Assembly: GCA_964603885.1 (NCBI GenBank)
Contig: CAZRWM010000001.1
Span: 729-64,728, forward strand
Direction: 5' to 3'
Source: an uncultured bacterium
Lineage (GTDB): Bacteria; Muiribacteriota; UBA6191
Length of the DNA: 64,000 nt
The notes beneath the pieces were generated by a model. It was not told the origin of the DNA. It ran no database searches and worked only from the letters and a program-made list of their open reading frames with translations. Positions 49,601 to 59,511 of the stretch are shown piece by piece (within the stretch, counting starts at the first letter, position 1; every line of letters starts with the position of its first letter). A program made the position numbers and the translations under genes.

Positions 49601-50220
49601 ATGACGGTCTAATGAGATCAGTAAAATTAAGATTTCGTAAGGGAAGTATTTTATCGCCTTCCCAGGAAGCTGCAGTTTGTGCTGGCAATGTCACTACGTC
49701 GCAAAGACTTGTAGATTTAATATTTAAGGCCTTTGAATGGTGCGGTGCCTCTCAAGGATGCATGAATAACGTAATATTCGGTAACGAATTTTGTACCTTT
49801 TATGAGACCATAGCAGGAGGTCATGGAGCGATGTCAGACTGGCATGGTGCTCATGGAAAGCATTCCCACATGACAAATACAAAAATCACAGACGTAGAAA
49901 TCATAGAACGAGAGCTGCCGTTAATTTTAAGAAGGTTTAGTCTGCGAAAAAATTCAGGAGGGGATGGACAATTTAGAGGGGGTGATGGTGTCTTCAGACA
50001 TCTTGAGTTTATGGAAAATTTTTCCCTTAGTTTACTTACCGAACGTCGCTTGAGTGAACCATATGGGATGCATGGAGGCCAACCTGGTAAGAGTGGGCAA
50101 AATATCCTGTTGAGAAACGGGTTAGTCAGGCTGTTAGGAAGTCGTGAAGAATTGAAAATCCTAAAAGGAGATCAACTGATTATCAAAACACCAGGCGGAG
50201 GTGGCTATGGTGCGCCGTAA
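46684..50220 (+). CDS. 5-oxoprolinase (ATP-hydrolysing) / hydantoinase A-B fusion
   Basis: N-terminal Hydantoinase_A (IGIDQGGTFTDC). C-terminal Hydantoinase_B domain (…GNVTTSQRLVD…). 1178 aa, typical of fused OplAH/eukaryotic-type oxoprolinases. Confidence 0.85.
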   Translation: MPLKIRIGIDQGGTFTDCIAACSNSVETATFSCKVLTNSNCQNYSAPHIGVRQLIQKIQSNYPNHSIDVESVRLGTTITTNAVLQNKGKSVGVLITSGFEDLFWIGDQSRKDIFDLRGQNPRPAYSKILGVEERVVLKQNNIYVETKPQKAQIRPLLDYFKNNDIESIAICLIHSWKFTEHEQLVAEWCRKAGFLNVFCSHEVSYQPNFLKRSYLTVIDAGLSPLISNIQNDFIKNLNDLKVRKHWFMKSDAGLCSIGNFRGCNSLLSGPCGGVTALSKFFTDNLPLIGFDMGGTSSDVTRFDGEVDISLDHTIDGLPMHIPQVNIETVANGGGSILSIEDGLLKVGPESSGSYPGPLCYGFDGRLSLSDANIVLGRLQPTLIKACFGVNRDEPLNVLLARKGFENLLRMNPEVVFRSIEELAEAFVMVANQQMSQPILEVSLAKGYELNKHSLVCFGAAAGQHACQIAKDLGLKKVLIHHQAGLLSAAGLLAACPEDYKYYYIGKCIDSVTLPKSLPACQSLSAICRYSNTNTFLKIDWHPIKSLKYRFEQAFYKQFGFTHKNVKILVEHAVTHHAEKEKSPELASPNQMPSKHEQKVSMVNIYVGGKYQSIPCYPWQDYPQIAGPAIIYNQFTSIFVEHGFECYWDSSEILTLKLEKSDISKSTLNEALQVSLFAGRIQSIARQMGQVLQKTALSINIRERLDFSCAIFSPTGELICNAPHIPVHLGSMSSTVKSLLQKSDYTDFLEACLSNSQQGILCNSPNTGGTHLPDLTLISPIVFENKLLGWLASRGHHSDVGGMSPGSMSAQAQYLSDEGLCLEFLWIVKKGRFLTKEFQEQLEKSGARNSNQNIADVKAQWNANLKGQTLLKEYLHEYGYYNWLQNKETLLQTSHKISQNLLDKLLDKFLQSREFLDDGSRLELQIFRESEFIVFDFGACSNEVKGPFNAPKAISYSALIYCLRCMINRNIPLNDGLMRSVKLRFRKGSILSPSQEAAVCAGNVTTSQRLVDLIFKAFEWCGASQGCMNNVIFGNEFCTFYETIAGGHGAMSDWHGAHGKHSHMTNTKITDVEIIERELPLILRRFSLRKNSGGDGQFRGGDGVFRHLEFMENFSLSLLTERRLSEPYGMHGGQPGKSGQNILLRNGLVRLLGSREELKILKGDQLIIKTPGGGGYGAP

Positions 50221-51265
50221 ATGGCTAGTTTCAGCGCCTTGGGATATAACAATATTTGCAGGACCTTTTTTGATTGCAGTTGTTTTCAGTCATTATTGGT
50301 GGCATTTAGGAGAAGGAGATAAAACCCCTTTATGGTCATTTCTTCTATTGATTGTTGCATTCGATGTTGCTCATGTTTGGGCAACCGCCTACAGAACCTA
50401 TCTTGATCCCCAAGAATTGCGACGTCGACCTCAGCTTTATCTTGGAATTCTAGCCCCTACGCTATTAAGTGCCATGCTACTTCATTTCTATGACGCAATA
50501 CTTTTTTGGACTGTAATTGCCTACATTGCTATTTGGCATTTCGTAAGACAGCCATATGGTTTTATAGTAATTTACAAATTTTTACAAAAAGAAACTGGCT
50601 CTATTGATTTCCATCTCGACCGTTTATCAGTGTACGTAGCAGCAATAGGTCCTATTCTAGCTTGGCATGCAAGTCCAGAGAGACAGTTTGATTGGTTCGG
50701 ACATGGAGAAAAATTCATCGTAACCTTACCCGAAAGTTTTAAGTTTTATATTGCTTTGATCTATTTTGGATTCGCTCTAGTTTATTCACTCAGACAGTTG
50801 TATCTAATTTGGAGGGGGCATTTCAATTTTGGTAAACAAATGGTTATGATTCTCACTTGGGCGACTTGGGCTATTGGCATTTCTATCAGCAATCCACTCA
50901 TTTCGGCTGCATTTATCAATCTTTTTCATGGTATTCCATTTTTGGGAGTCACTTGGCTCTACGGTAATAGTAAATATCGATCCGGTTTTCTTGGGGCCAT
51001 TTTTCGAACCAAAAATTTAGCTTGGTTCTTTATTTTGATTTTTCTCCCTGCTATGATTGAGGAAGGCTTATGGGATGCTATTTTTTGGCATCAATACTCA
51101 TCTATATTTCCCACTCTTTTTATCGGTGAAACCAATAGCTTGGTAATGAGCGCATGTTGTGCATTACTGATAATGCCACAACTTATTCACTATATTTTAG
51201 ACGTATTCATATGGAAAATGGATTCAAGCAATCCAGACCTTAGAAAACATTTAAGCCTGCTGTAA
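50201..51265 (+). CDS. polytopic membrane hypothetical protein
   Basis: About 8 predicted TM helices. Start overlaps the oxoprolinase stop by 20 nt. Confidence 0.5.
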   Translation: MAMVRRKWLVSAPWDITIFAGPFLIAVVFSHYWWHLGEGDKTPLWSFLLLIVAFDVAHVWATAYRTYLDPQELRRRPQLYLGILAPTLLSAMLLHFYDAILFWTVIAYIAIWHFVRQPYGFIVIYKFLQKETGSIDFHLDRLSVYVAAIGPILAWHASPERQFDWFGHGEKFIVTLPESFKFYIALIYFGFALVYSLRQLYLIWRGHFNFGKQMVMILTWATWAIGISISNPLISAAFINLFHGIPFLGVTWLYGNSKYRSGFLGAIFRTKNLAWFFILIFLPAMIEEGLWDAIFWHQYSSIFPTLFIGETNSLVMSACCALLIMPQLIHYILDVFIWKMDSSNPDLRKHLSLL

Positions 51266-51369
51266 ATTTGAAACATACACGCCGGCCCTTTATACTAAAT
51301 TGAGTCCAATTTGTGGTATGACCCTAGTGTGCTGACAAAAGCTCTGTTTTTACCTAATTTCTGTCCGAA

Positions 51370-51376
51370 TTTAAGG
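51370..51376 (+). promoter_or_regulatory. ribosome-binding site (AAGGAGA) for prkA
   Basis: aaggaga lies 8 nt upstream of the ATG at 51384. Confidence 0.55.
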
Positions 51377-51383
51377 AGAAGAG

Positions 51384-53408
51384 ATGGCAAAGGAAAAGTC
51401 TGGCGAATCCAAATCTGCTGCTTCACAGTTTTTGACCACAATCGCCCAAGAATTTAATCGAGACAAATTTGAGACCCTAAACGAATGTCTCAGTTTTGAT
51501 GATTATCTGAATAAAGTGATCGAAAACCCCAAAATCGCAGCTCTTTCACATGAAAGAGTTTTCAATATGATCATGTCTCACGGAACGGATGAGCGAGAGA
51601 TAAATGGTGAGAAAATACCAGTTTATAGTTTTTTTAAGAGCTCCCTCTTTGGAATTGAAGACTCGATTCATGCCATGATGAATTACTTTAAGTCCGCAGC
51701 AGACAGACTCGACACTCGCAAAAGAATTCTCCTTCTACACGGGCCTGTATCGGGCGCGAAATCGACAATAGTCACAGCCCTCAAAAGGGGCTTGGAAGCC
51801 TATAGCAAAACTAGTGAGGGCGCTATCTATGCCTTGGAGTGGTTATTAGATGACGGCAAAATCAGACGCTGTGAGATGAATTCTGATCCTCTCTTGGTTA
51901 TTCCTTTCAATATGCGCTCTAAACTGTATGAAGATTATGGAATTTATGTTGAGGGTGAACTCCCCCCCCAAAGTAGAAAAATATTCAAGGATCTGGAGGA
52001 TAAGTATCAGGGCGATTTCGCCAAAATTTTGAAGCATGTTCGTGCTAGACGCATAATAATAAGTGAACAAGATCGAATTTGCCTCGGAACATTTCAACCC
52101 GCAGATCCGAAAAGTCAAGATATGGCAGAATTGAATGGAAGTATCAATTATTCAATGATAGGCAAAGTAGGCAGCGAATCAGATCCCGATGCTTGGAAAT
52201 TCGATGGTGAGCTCAATAAAGCTAATCGAGGTTTAATGGAGTTTATCGAAATGCTTAAAGCTGACGAGCGTTTCTTATATATACTTCTAACACTTAGCCA
52301 GGAACGCCAAATTAAGACTCCTCGCTTTCCGCTCATTTCAGCTGATGAGGTCATTATTGCCCATACAAATGAAAGTGAGTATAAGGACTTCGTTTCGGAT
52401 CCCTCTAAAGAAGCTTTAATGGATCGTATTATAAAAATCGATGTCAAATATAACCTTAGTGTGTCGGAGGAAGAGAAGATCTATGACAAGCTGTTAAGTA
52501 TGGAAGCTAAACGCATAACCAAGCATATAGAACCATATGCGATTCAGGTAGCCGCTATGTTCGGGGTTCTTACTCGCCTAGAGGAACCCAAGAAAATGAC
52601 TCTAGCACAGAAAATGAAGCTTTATGATGGTCAGAATGTAGAAGGTTTTAAGGAGCAAGATATCAAGGAGGTTCGAAAGGACACGCAACGCGAAGGCTTA
52701 CATGGTATCTCTCCGCGTTCAATGGTAAACATCATCAGTGAGACTCTAATCGATCAAGAAATACCTAGCTTGAACCCCTTCGCTATACTCTCTAATATAC
52801 ACACTTCTTTGCAATTGAGCCGATTTCCTAAGGTCTCGGTAGAAGACAAAGAACGCTATCTCGACATCATTGATATTGTTCGTAAGGAATTTACTGATAT
52901 TGCTAAAAATGAAGTTCTGAAAGCATTTTTAGCTAGCTATGAACCAGCTATGGAAGCACTATGTGCAAATTACCTCGATCATGTGGAAGCCTACATAAAT
53001 CAGGAAAAAGTCAAGGACCCTATTACTGGAGAAGATATGGATCCAGACGAAACTTTGCTTCGATCGATTGAAGAAAAAATTGGCGGTATAACGGAAGCTA
53101 GAAAAGAACAATTTAGGGCAAGTTTAATGGCATCGATTGGGTCATTGATGCGTCGTGGTGAAAAGTTCAGTTACAAGACAGATAACCGCTTACGGCGAGC
53201 TATTGAAAAAAAGATATTCGAAGATAATCGTAATAATATAAAATTGACAACTTTCTCCTCTGCTCAAACAGATAGTGAAAATCTCAAAAAGCTAGAAGCA
53301 GTTAAGAACCGCCTGATTGAGGAATACGGGTGGAGTGAACACGGAGCCAAAGACCTGATGAACTATATTGGAGGACTATTGGCCCGAGGTGATATCAATT
53401 TTGACTGA
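51384..53408 (+). CDS. prkA: PrkA-family serine protein kinase (AAA+ domain), YeaG-like
   Basis: Walker A HGPVSGAKST. 674 aa. Characteristic PrkA N- and C-terminal domains. Followed by yeaH and spoVR homologs. Confidence 0.9.
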   Translation: MAKEKSGESKSAASQFLTTIAQEFNRDKFETLNECLSFDDYLNKVIENPKIAALSHERVFNMIMSHGTDEREINGEKIPVYSFFKSSLFGIEDSIHAMMNYFKSAADRLDTRKRILLLHGPVSGAKSTIVTALKRGLEAYSKTSEGAIYALEWLLDDGKIRRCEMNSDPLLVIPFNMRSKLYEDYGIYVEGELPPQSRKIFKDLEDKYQGDFAKILKHVRARRIIISEQDRICLGTFQPADPKSQDMAELNGSINYSMIGKVGSESDPDAWKFDGELNKANRGLMEFIEMLKADERFLYILLTLSQERQIKTPRFPLISADEVIIAHTNESEYKDFVSDPSKEALMDRIIKIDVKYNLSVSEEEKIYDKLLSMEAKRITKHIEPYAIQVAAMFGVLTRLEEPKKMTLAQKMKLYDGQNVEGFKEQDIKEVRKDTQREGLHGISPRSMVNIISETLIDQEIPSLNPFAILSNIHTSLQLSRFPKVSVEDKERYLDIIDIVRKEFTDIAKNEVLKAFLASYEPAMEALCANYLDHVEAYINQEKVKDPITGEDMDPDETLLRSIEEKIGGITEARKEQFRASLMASIGSLMRRGEKFSYKTDNRLRRAIEKKIFEDNRNNIKLTTFSSAQTDSENLKKLEAVKNRLIEEYGWSEHGAKDLMNYIGGLLARGDINFD

Positions 53409-53458
53409 TTTCGACAATCGTAAATGAACTAATTCGGCCTTTTCTGGAGTTTTACAGG

Positions 53459-54634
53459 ATGACAAGTATTCAAGTCACAGACATGATCCGGAACGGTGAG
53501 CGAGAGAAAAAGAGGCTCAACGAAAAGATCAAAGACAAGATCAAAAAGAATCTTAAGCAGTATGTTACTGATGAGAGCTTTATTGGTCGGCAGGGCAAGA
53601 AATTTGTTCGCGTTCCAATTTACGGATTACGTTTACCAAGATTCGTAGTAGATGGAAGAAAGGGCGGCGGAGTTGGTCAAGGAGAGGGTGATGTCGGGGA
53701 CGCGCTACCTGGTCAAGGACCACCTAAGCAAGGTAAAAAAGGTTCCAAAGGTCAAAAAGCCGGCAATGAACCAGGAGAACACCAGGTAGAAATCGATGTT
53801 GATCTTGATGAAATGGTAGAGCTTATCAGCGAAGTGTTGGAATTGCCTAACATAGAAGAAAAGGGTAAAAAAAGCTCTATCAAAAGTAAAAAAATTAGAT
53901 GGACTAATCTCCGGAAAGTTGGACCAGAAGCGACGCTAGACATTCGGAGAACAATTAAGAATTCCATCGTACGGAATATCATTGAAGGTCACTATGATCC
54001 ACAAAAAGATGACAGTCCACCAATAATGATTGATCGTGATGACAAGCGTCACAAAGTTTGGGATGAAATCTTAGAGAGACGAACTAACGCCGTGATAATA
54101 GCAATGATGGACGTCTCTGGCTCTATGGGAGATGAACAGAAGGATATCGTTCGCACTGAAATGTTCTGGATCGAGCAATTCCTGAAGAGGCAATATGACG
54201 ACTTAGAGATCGTCTATATTATTCACGACACACAAGCAAAGATAGTAGATCACGAAATATTTTACAGAATTAGCGAAGGGGGCGGAACAAATATCTCGTC
54301 GGCATATGCCCTTTGCGAACAGGTGATTCGTCAGAAATATCCTCCGAGTGAGTGGAATATATACCCCTTTCACTTCAGTGATGGCGATAACTGGTCGAGT
54401 GAAGACGATGCTTTGTGTATAAAGCTTCTGAAAGAGTATTTATTACCAAATAGCAATCAATTCTCCTATGCGCAAGTTACAAGCAAATGGGGCAGTGGTA
54501 AGTTTAAGGATGTCCTTGAGCGTGCAATGGAGGGTATGGATGACAGGACAAGTAATAAACTTGTAATCTCTCTGGTAAAAAGTAAAGACGAAATTTTAGA
54601 TTCCATCAAAGAATTCCTACAAAAGGGTAAATAA
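53459..54634 (+). CDS. yeaH: YeaH/YhbH-family protein (DUF444, vWA-like)
   Basis: Gly/Lys-rich N-terminal region (GGGVGQGEGDVGD) and vWA-like MIDAS (MMDVSGSMGD). Confidence 0.8.
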   Translation: MTSIQVTDMIRNGEREKKRLNEKIKDKIKKNLKQYVTDESFIGRQGKKFVRVPIYGLRLPRFVVDGRKGGGVGQGEGDVGDALPGQGPPKQGKKGSKGQKAGNEPGEHQVEIDVDLDEMVELISEVLELPNIEEKGKKSSIKSKKIRWTNLRKVGPEATLDIRRTIKNSIVRNIIEGHYDPQKDDSPPIMIDRDDKRHKVWDEILERRTNAVIIAMMDVSGSMGDEQKDIVRTEMFWIEQFLKRQYDDLEIVYIIHDTQAKIVDHEIFYRISEGGGTNISSAYALCEQVIRQKYPPSEWNIYPFHFSDGDNWSSEDDALCIKLLKEYLLPNSNQFSYAQVTSKWGSGKFKDVLERAMEGMDDRTSNKLVISLVKSKDEILDSIKEFLQKGK

Positions 54635-56145
54635 TGATCAACGCTCTAGATTTACCTAAGGAACTCGAGGATTGGAACCAACACATTTTGAAACGTGCGC
54701 GTGCGGAGGGACTCGATTTTTTTGACACAATCTTTTACATGTTGCCATACTCATATCTTACTGAAATAGCTGCTCATGGGGGTTTTCCGAGAAGATATCA
54801 ACATTGGTCGTTTGGAATGGAACATGAAAAACTTAAACGATCGTACGAGTGGGGAATGGGGAAAATATATGAATTGGTGATCAATAACGATCCTTGCTAT
54901 GCCTACTTACTAGAAAACAACAATTTGATGCAGCAGAAGCTTGTGATGGCACATGTATATGGTCATTGCGACTTCTTCAAGAATAATATTTATTTTAAAA
55001 GTACCAATAAAAATATGATGGATGAGATGGCTAACCATGCAAGCCGCGTAGATCGCTACATCAGACAATTTGGTTTAGATGAAGTCGAACGTTTTCTCGA
55101 TGCTTGTATATCCATTCAGGATCATATTTCTCCTCTCTCAATGCCCTCCCAAAGTGCTACTCCCTCTGAGGAAATGGAAACAGAAGAAGCTTTAATAAGG
55201 ATATTAAAACGCAAAAGTAATCCAGAAAATCCAGACTATATGGAAATTTTCTTAAACAGTAAAGAGTACATAGAATTCAAACACAAACAGTTAGAGGAAA
55301 CTGTTAAAAAAGCACAACGCTTTCCGTCACGTCCGCAGAAAGATCTACTATATTTTTTATTGTTGCATGCCCCTTTAAAAAAATGGCAAGAAGATATTCT
55401 CTATATAATACGTAAAGAGCGTTACTATTTCATACCGCAAGGCTATACCAAAATTATTAATGAAGGCTGGGCAAGTTATTGGCACTTTAAACTGATGACT
55501 GAAAGCTTTTTGGAGCCAGAAGATTTTATCGATTTTGCTATGGATCACTCCGGCACGCTCGCCCGTCACCCACATCAACTTAACCCATATCTACTGGGTT
55601 TTACCCTACTACATGACATAGAAGAGCGTTGGAATAAGGGTCAATTCGGTAGAGAATGGGATGAATGCACCTCAAGAAGTGAAAAGTTAGCATGGGATAA
55701 AAAACTGGGTCTCGGACGTGAAAAAATCTTCGAATGTCGCCTTACGGAGAATGACTACTCTTTAGTTGATAAATATCTGACCGAAGATTTCTGTGACAAA
55801 CACAAAATGTTTAAGTACAACTACGATCAGCAATCTGGCCAATGGGTTATTAGTGATCGTAGTTTTGAATCTATAAAAAATCAACTTCTTGAAAATTTAG
55901 CAAACTTTGGTATTCCGCACATTATGATTTACGACGGTAATTACCAAAATCGTGGAGAACTCTACTTAAAACATCACCACGAGGGTGACCTTAGGCAAGA
56001 TTATGCTTGGGATACCCTGGCTAATATCGCATACATATGGCAGCGACCTGTTCATCTAGAAACATTTGTAGACGGTAAAAGAAAGTTGTACTCCTATGCT
56101 GGAGAAGAGAACAAACAGTTAACAAATCTAGAGGATCAAAGTTAA
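54634..56145 (+). CDS. spoVR: SpoVR-family protein (YcgB-like)
   Basis: 503 aa. N-terminal region with conserved HGHxDFFKNN motif. ATG overlaps the yeaH stop. Confidence 0.85.
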   Translation: MINALDLPKELEDWNQHILKRARAEGLDFFDTIFYMLPYSYLTEIAAHGGFPRRYQHWSFGMEHEKLKRSYEWGMGKIYELVINNDPCYAYLLENNNLMQQKLVMAHVYGHCDFFKNNIYFKSTNKNMMDEMANHASRVDRYIRQFGLDEVERFLDACISIQDHISPLSMPSQSATPSEEMETEEALIRILKRKSNPENPDYMEIFLNSKEYIEFKHKQLEETVKKAQRFPSRPQKDLLYFLLLHAPLKKWQEDILYIIRKERYYFIPQGYTKIINEGWASYWHFKLMTESFLEPEDFIDFAMDHSGTLARHPHQLNPYLLGFTLLHDIEERWNKGQFGREWDECTSRSEKLAWDKKLGLGREKIFECRLTENDYSLVDKYLTEDFCDKHKMFKYNYDQQSGQWVISDRSFESIKNQLLENLANFGIPHIMIYDGNYQNRGELYLKHHHEGDLRQDYAWDTLANIAYIWQRPVHLETFVDGKRKLYSYAGEENKQLTNLEDQS

Positions 56146-56153
56146 TCTAACAT

Positions 56154-56170
56154 AATAATCTAAGATTATT
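56154..56170. terminator. weak AT-rich hairpin between convergent spoVR and glycosyltransferase genes
   Basis: aataatc-taa-gattatt inverted repeat. AT-only stem, overlaps the GT stop. Low confidence. Confidence 0.25.
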
Positions 56171-57431
56171 TACTAGTCCTTTGATGCCGGAACTGAATAA
56201 GATACTGAGCAGCTCTCTCAGCCCCTAAATAGTCATCTTTAAATTGTGCTATTTCAATAGACTTACGACTTATTTGATCATTTTTTAGAAGCTGATTCAA
56301 TTTATGTTCAAGATTTAATCTCAGCCCCTTTTGCGTATTTAATTCCAATGCTACTCCTAGATCTCTTAATCGCATTGAATTATCCCACTGATCAACTCCC
56401 CAGGGTGCTATAAGCTGTGGGACCCCTGCTCGAAGACATTGTGCACTAGTTCCTATTCCGCCATGATGAATCACTGCCTTACATCTGGGTATTACTCGAG
56501 AGTATGATAAGAAATTCGAGTAAAAGATATTCTCATCTTTGGAAGATAATTTATTAATAAAATTACCGGAAACCAAAATAGCTCTTTCATTTAGGTTTCG
56601 AATAGCTCGGGATGCATTTTTCATAAACTCTTCTACTCTCGTATTCGGTGTTCCTCTACACACTAATATTGGCTCTGAGCCCCTATTCAAAAAACTTTCG
56701 AGAGATTTACTAATATCTAAATTATCATCGAACATTGGAAAAGCAATGGCACGAAATTGCGAGGGCCAATCACTAGGGGTAACGCCTAAAAACCTTTGAG
56801 GATACAAGCCTATGATCGACTGAGAAGAATGAAACAAGTCTAATATATTTTCTGATTTTGGTAATCCAGACAGAGATCTTAAACGATTCACCTTGCTCAA
56901 TAACAAGGAATTTAAAAAAAAACTAAACAGCTTTAAGCTCCCTTTTTTAATGGTCAAAGGTAAGAATCTTGCCAAATGATACTTAAATAATCTGGGAAAA
57001 AAATGACTCGAAGGAAGTACACAGGGTGCGAAATAAGCACTTACAAAATCACAATTGGTTTTATCGTGATATAGCCTAGCTCCTATATTAGTTCCGTTTG
57101 CGACAAGAACTATGTTGCCATCACTCGAAATTTTTCCCAGATACTCTAAAATTGGCTCTAAAGGGTCTAACAGTAAGTAGTTGACAAGAGCCGAACCTAA
57201 CTCGTAGCTTCGATTTACATCAACCGAATTAATAAGACTCTCGTACTCCTGCGAAGAACTCAATCGTAAAAATTCAATATCATTATTTGTAAATAAATAC
57301 TCGAAATAACCGTTACTTAAAAAGAATACCTTTTCACCGTTCTGAGAAAGCTGCTTGGCTATACACAGCATTGGTAACACATCACCATAACTACCTAGAG
57401 TGATAAACACGAATGGCTTTTTAGCTGACAC
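56166..57431 (-). CDS. GT1-family glycosyltransferase (MGT/UDP-glycosyltransferase-like)
   Basis: C-terminal UDP-sugar binding motif HHGGIGTSAQCLRAGVPQL...WGVDQWDN typical of GT1 (MurG/MGT) enzymes. Confidence 0.75.
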   Translation of the reverse strand: MSAKKPFVFITLGSYGDVLPMLCIAKQLSQNGEKVFFLSNGYFEYLFTNNDIEFLRLSSSQEYESLINSVDVNRSYELGSALVNYLLLDPLEPILEYLGKISSDGNIVLVANGTNIGARLYHDKTNCDFVSAYFAPCVLPSSHFFPRLFKYHLARFLPLTIKKGSLKLFSFFLNSLLLSKVNRLRSLSGLPKSENILDLFHSSQSIIGLYPQRFLGVTPSDWPSQFRAIAFPMFDDNLDISKSLESFLNRGSEPILVCRGTPNTRVEEFMKNASRAIRNLNERAILVSGNFINKLSSKDENIFYSNFLSYSRVIPRCKAVIHHGGIGTSAQCLRAGVPQLIAPWGVDQWDNSMRLRDLGVALELNTQKGLRLNLEHKLNQLLKNDQISRKSIEIAQFKDDYLGAERAAQYLIQFRHQRTSK

Positions 57432-57501
57432 GTTAACAACCGCCTAAGTGTAATATTTACCGAACTAGCTGAATCAGTAGTATCCGCTACGTTAGAATTG
57501 A

Positions 57502-57789
57502 TTAGTACATACTTGTAGGTTCGTCATCATCAGGAGCTACTATTCGAACTCCCTGAGCCTCGAGAAATTTTCGTAATCTCCAAATGTCGCAACGTACACA
57601 ATGAGAGTGCTTGATTAGTCGGATGTCGCCCTCTGATCCGTCATTAATTCTATGCCGATCAATACTTTCTTGTACAGGACATTTTGAAGCCCTACAGTAG
57701 TCGATGACATATTTCTTAACGGAATTCATGCAAATATACTCCCAGGGCCCAATGTTACATATATGATACCATTTTGAAATCTGGTTCAC
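57502..57789 (-). CDS. small Cys-rich hypothetical protein (possible Zn-binding)
   Basis: 95 aa with CNIGPWEYIC...CRASKC...HCVRC Cys/His clusters. Confidence 0.3.
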   Translation of the reverse strand: MNQISKWYHICNIGPWEYICMNSVKKYVIDYCRASKCPVQESIDRHRINDGSEGDIRLIKHSHCVRCDIWRLRKFLEAQGVRIVAPDDDEPTSMY

Positions 57790-57862
57790 AGGGTAATTCG
57801 AAGCTAGGTTAAAGATACTAATTTTTTGGATAAAAAGCCTCTGAGCTGCCGATATAAATATA

Positions 57863-58984
57863 ATGAAATCAGAAGTAAAAGTCCCTTTCTTAAACCTTAA
57901 AAATCAAATTAATCAATTACCTGAAATCCACCACAAGATAAAATCCCTGGTAAGTTCCTGTGCTTTTGTAGGTGGTCCATCTGTTTCAGAATTTGAAGAA
58001 AATTTTGCTACATTCGTGCAAAGTAAACATTGCATAGGAGTTGGAAATGGTACCGATGCTTTAGAAATTGCGTTACAAGCCCTCCAATTACCATCAGACA
58101 GTGAGGTAATCGTTCCAGCTAACACGTTTGTGGCATCAGCCGAAGCGATTAGAAACAGTGGCCTTACTCCTCGTTTCGTAGACTGTAACCCAGCTCACTT
58201 AAATCTTGATCCAGAATCACTTAAAAATGCTATCAATTCAAAAACCTCAGCAGTGATGGTCGTACATCTCTACGGACAAAGTGCTCCACTAAACGAAATA
58301 GTCGAACTTTGTAACAAGAAAAATCTTATGATTATTGAAGACTGCGCACAGGCTCATGGAGCGACCTACGGTGGTAAACCAGTTGGCTCTTTTGGAGCTA
58401 TCGCCGCTTATAGTTTTTATCCAGGAAAAAATCTTGGTGCCTTCGGTGATGCGGGCGCTATCACAACAAATAATTCAAACTTAGCCAAGCAATGTAGGAT
58501 GATATCTATGCATGGAGCAGCACAAAAATATATGCATGAGATCGATGGCCGCAACTCAAGATTAGACAGTTTACAAGCACTGGTATTAAACGAAAAGTTG
58601 AGTAAACTAAGCAAATGGAATGAAATTCGGCAGCACACCGCTACGTTGTATTTTGACTTACTATACGACACCCCACAACTACAACTGACGAGAGAGCTCG
58701 AGTTATCAAAAGGAGTCTACCATTTGATGGTAATTCGTCATCCTCAACGAGATTTAATTCGTAAAAAGCTGGACGAGTACGGTATTCAGTCTGGAATTCA
58801 CTATCCCCATGCCTTGACTGAACTTCCTCACTATAAAGATGACTCTAAGGACGTAATGTGTCCGGAGGCTGAGAAAGCGGCATCTCAAGTTTTTAGTTTA
58901 CCTATGGGGGAACATATGAATCCACATTTGGTAGAATACGTCTGCAAAATTCTACGAAAAATTGTGAATGAAGAATTGAGTTAA
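57863..58984 (+). CDS. DegT/DnrJ/EryC1/StrS-family sugar aminotransferase (WbpE-like)
   Basis: PLP-dependent sugar aminotransferase signatures (GNGTDALEIAL, EDCAQAHGA, SFYPGKNLGAFGDAG). Confidence 0.9.
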   Translation: MKSEVKVPFLNLKNQINQLPEIHHKIKSLVSSCAFVGGPSVSEFEENFATFVQSKHCIGVGNGTDALEIALQALQLPSDSEVIVPANTFVASAEAIRNSGLTPRFVDCNPAHLNLDPESLKNAINSKTSAVMVVHLYGQSAPLNEIVELCNKKNLMIIEDCAQAHGATYGGKPVGSFGAIAAYSFYPGKNLGAFGDAGAITTNNSNLAKQCRMISMHGAAQKYMHEIDGRNSRLDSLQALVLNEKLSKLSKWNEIRQHTATLYFDLLYDTPQLQLTRELELSKGVYHLMVIRHPQRDLIRKKLDEYGIQSGIHYPHALTELPHYKDDSKDVMCPEAEKAASQVFSLPMGEHMNPHLVEYVCKILRKIVNEELS

Positions 58985-58992
58985 GGCAGAGA

Positions 58993-59511
58993 CTAGTTTG
59001 AAGACCGTCGGACATCGCCCATCACACGTGCTGGATTACCCCCTACAATAGAATAATCAGGAACATCTTTTGTGACCACAGCCCCTGCTCCAATTAAACA
59101 CTTCTTACCCAAAGTCAAACCAGGCAAAATAACAGCTCCGGAACCAATACTTGCTCCCTCTTTTACGAGAGTCTTTTCCAAGGAATAGTCACCTGCTTTT
59201 TTCAGACTACCGTCGGGATTACAAGCTCGAGGCCACTTATCATTCGTAAATAGAACACCATGACCAACAAAAACAGCATCTTCTAGGGTAATGCCTTCAC
59301 AAATGAAGCTATGACTAGAGATTTTGCAATATTCTCCTATAACGACCCCTTTTTGAATCTCAACGAAAGCACCCACTCTACTTTCAGAACCAATGAAACA
59401 CTCATATAAATTAACAAAGGAATAAATCTTCACATTTTCACCAACGCGAACCATACGAATATTTGTGTCAGGTCCCTGCTCATTTAACAGCTTCATATTT
59501 TCAAAAATCAT
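58993..59511 (-). CDS. left-handed beta-helix (hexapeptide) sugar N-acetyltransferase (WbpD/PglD-like)
   Basis: Hexapeptide repeats ([LIV]GxxxxI), 172 aa. Adjacent to aminotransferase and dehydrogenase genes. Confidence 0.8.
   Translation of the reverse strand: MIFENMKLLNEQGPDTNIRMVRVGENVKIYSFVNLYECFIGSESRVGAFVEIQKGVVIGEYCKISSHSFICEGITLEDAVFVGHGVLFTNDKWPRACNPDGSLKKAGDYSLEKTLVKEGASIGSGAVILPGLTLGKKCLIGAGAVVTKDVPDYSIVGGNPARVMGDVRRSSN

Noticed and set aside
51384-56145. PrkA/SpoVR, plus the SplB-like gene, taken as evidence that the organism is an endospore former
   Set aside because: PrkA-YeaH-SpoVR homologs (YeaG/YeaH/YcgB) are widespread in Gram-negative non-sporulating bacteria. The window also encodes MurJ, a C-terminal-Phe OMP and LPS-type sugar genes, and no core sporulation genes.
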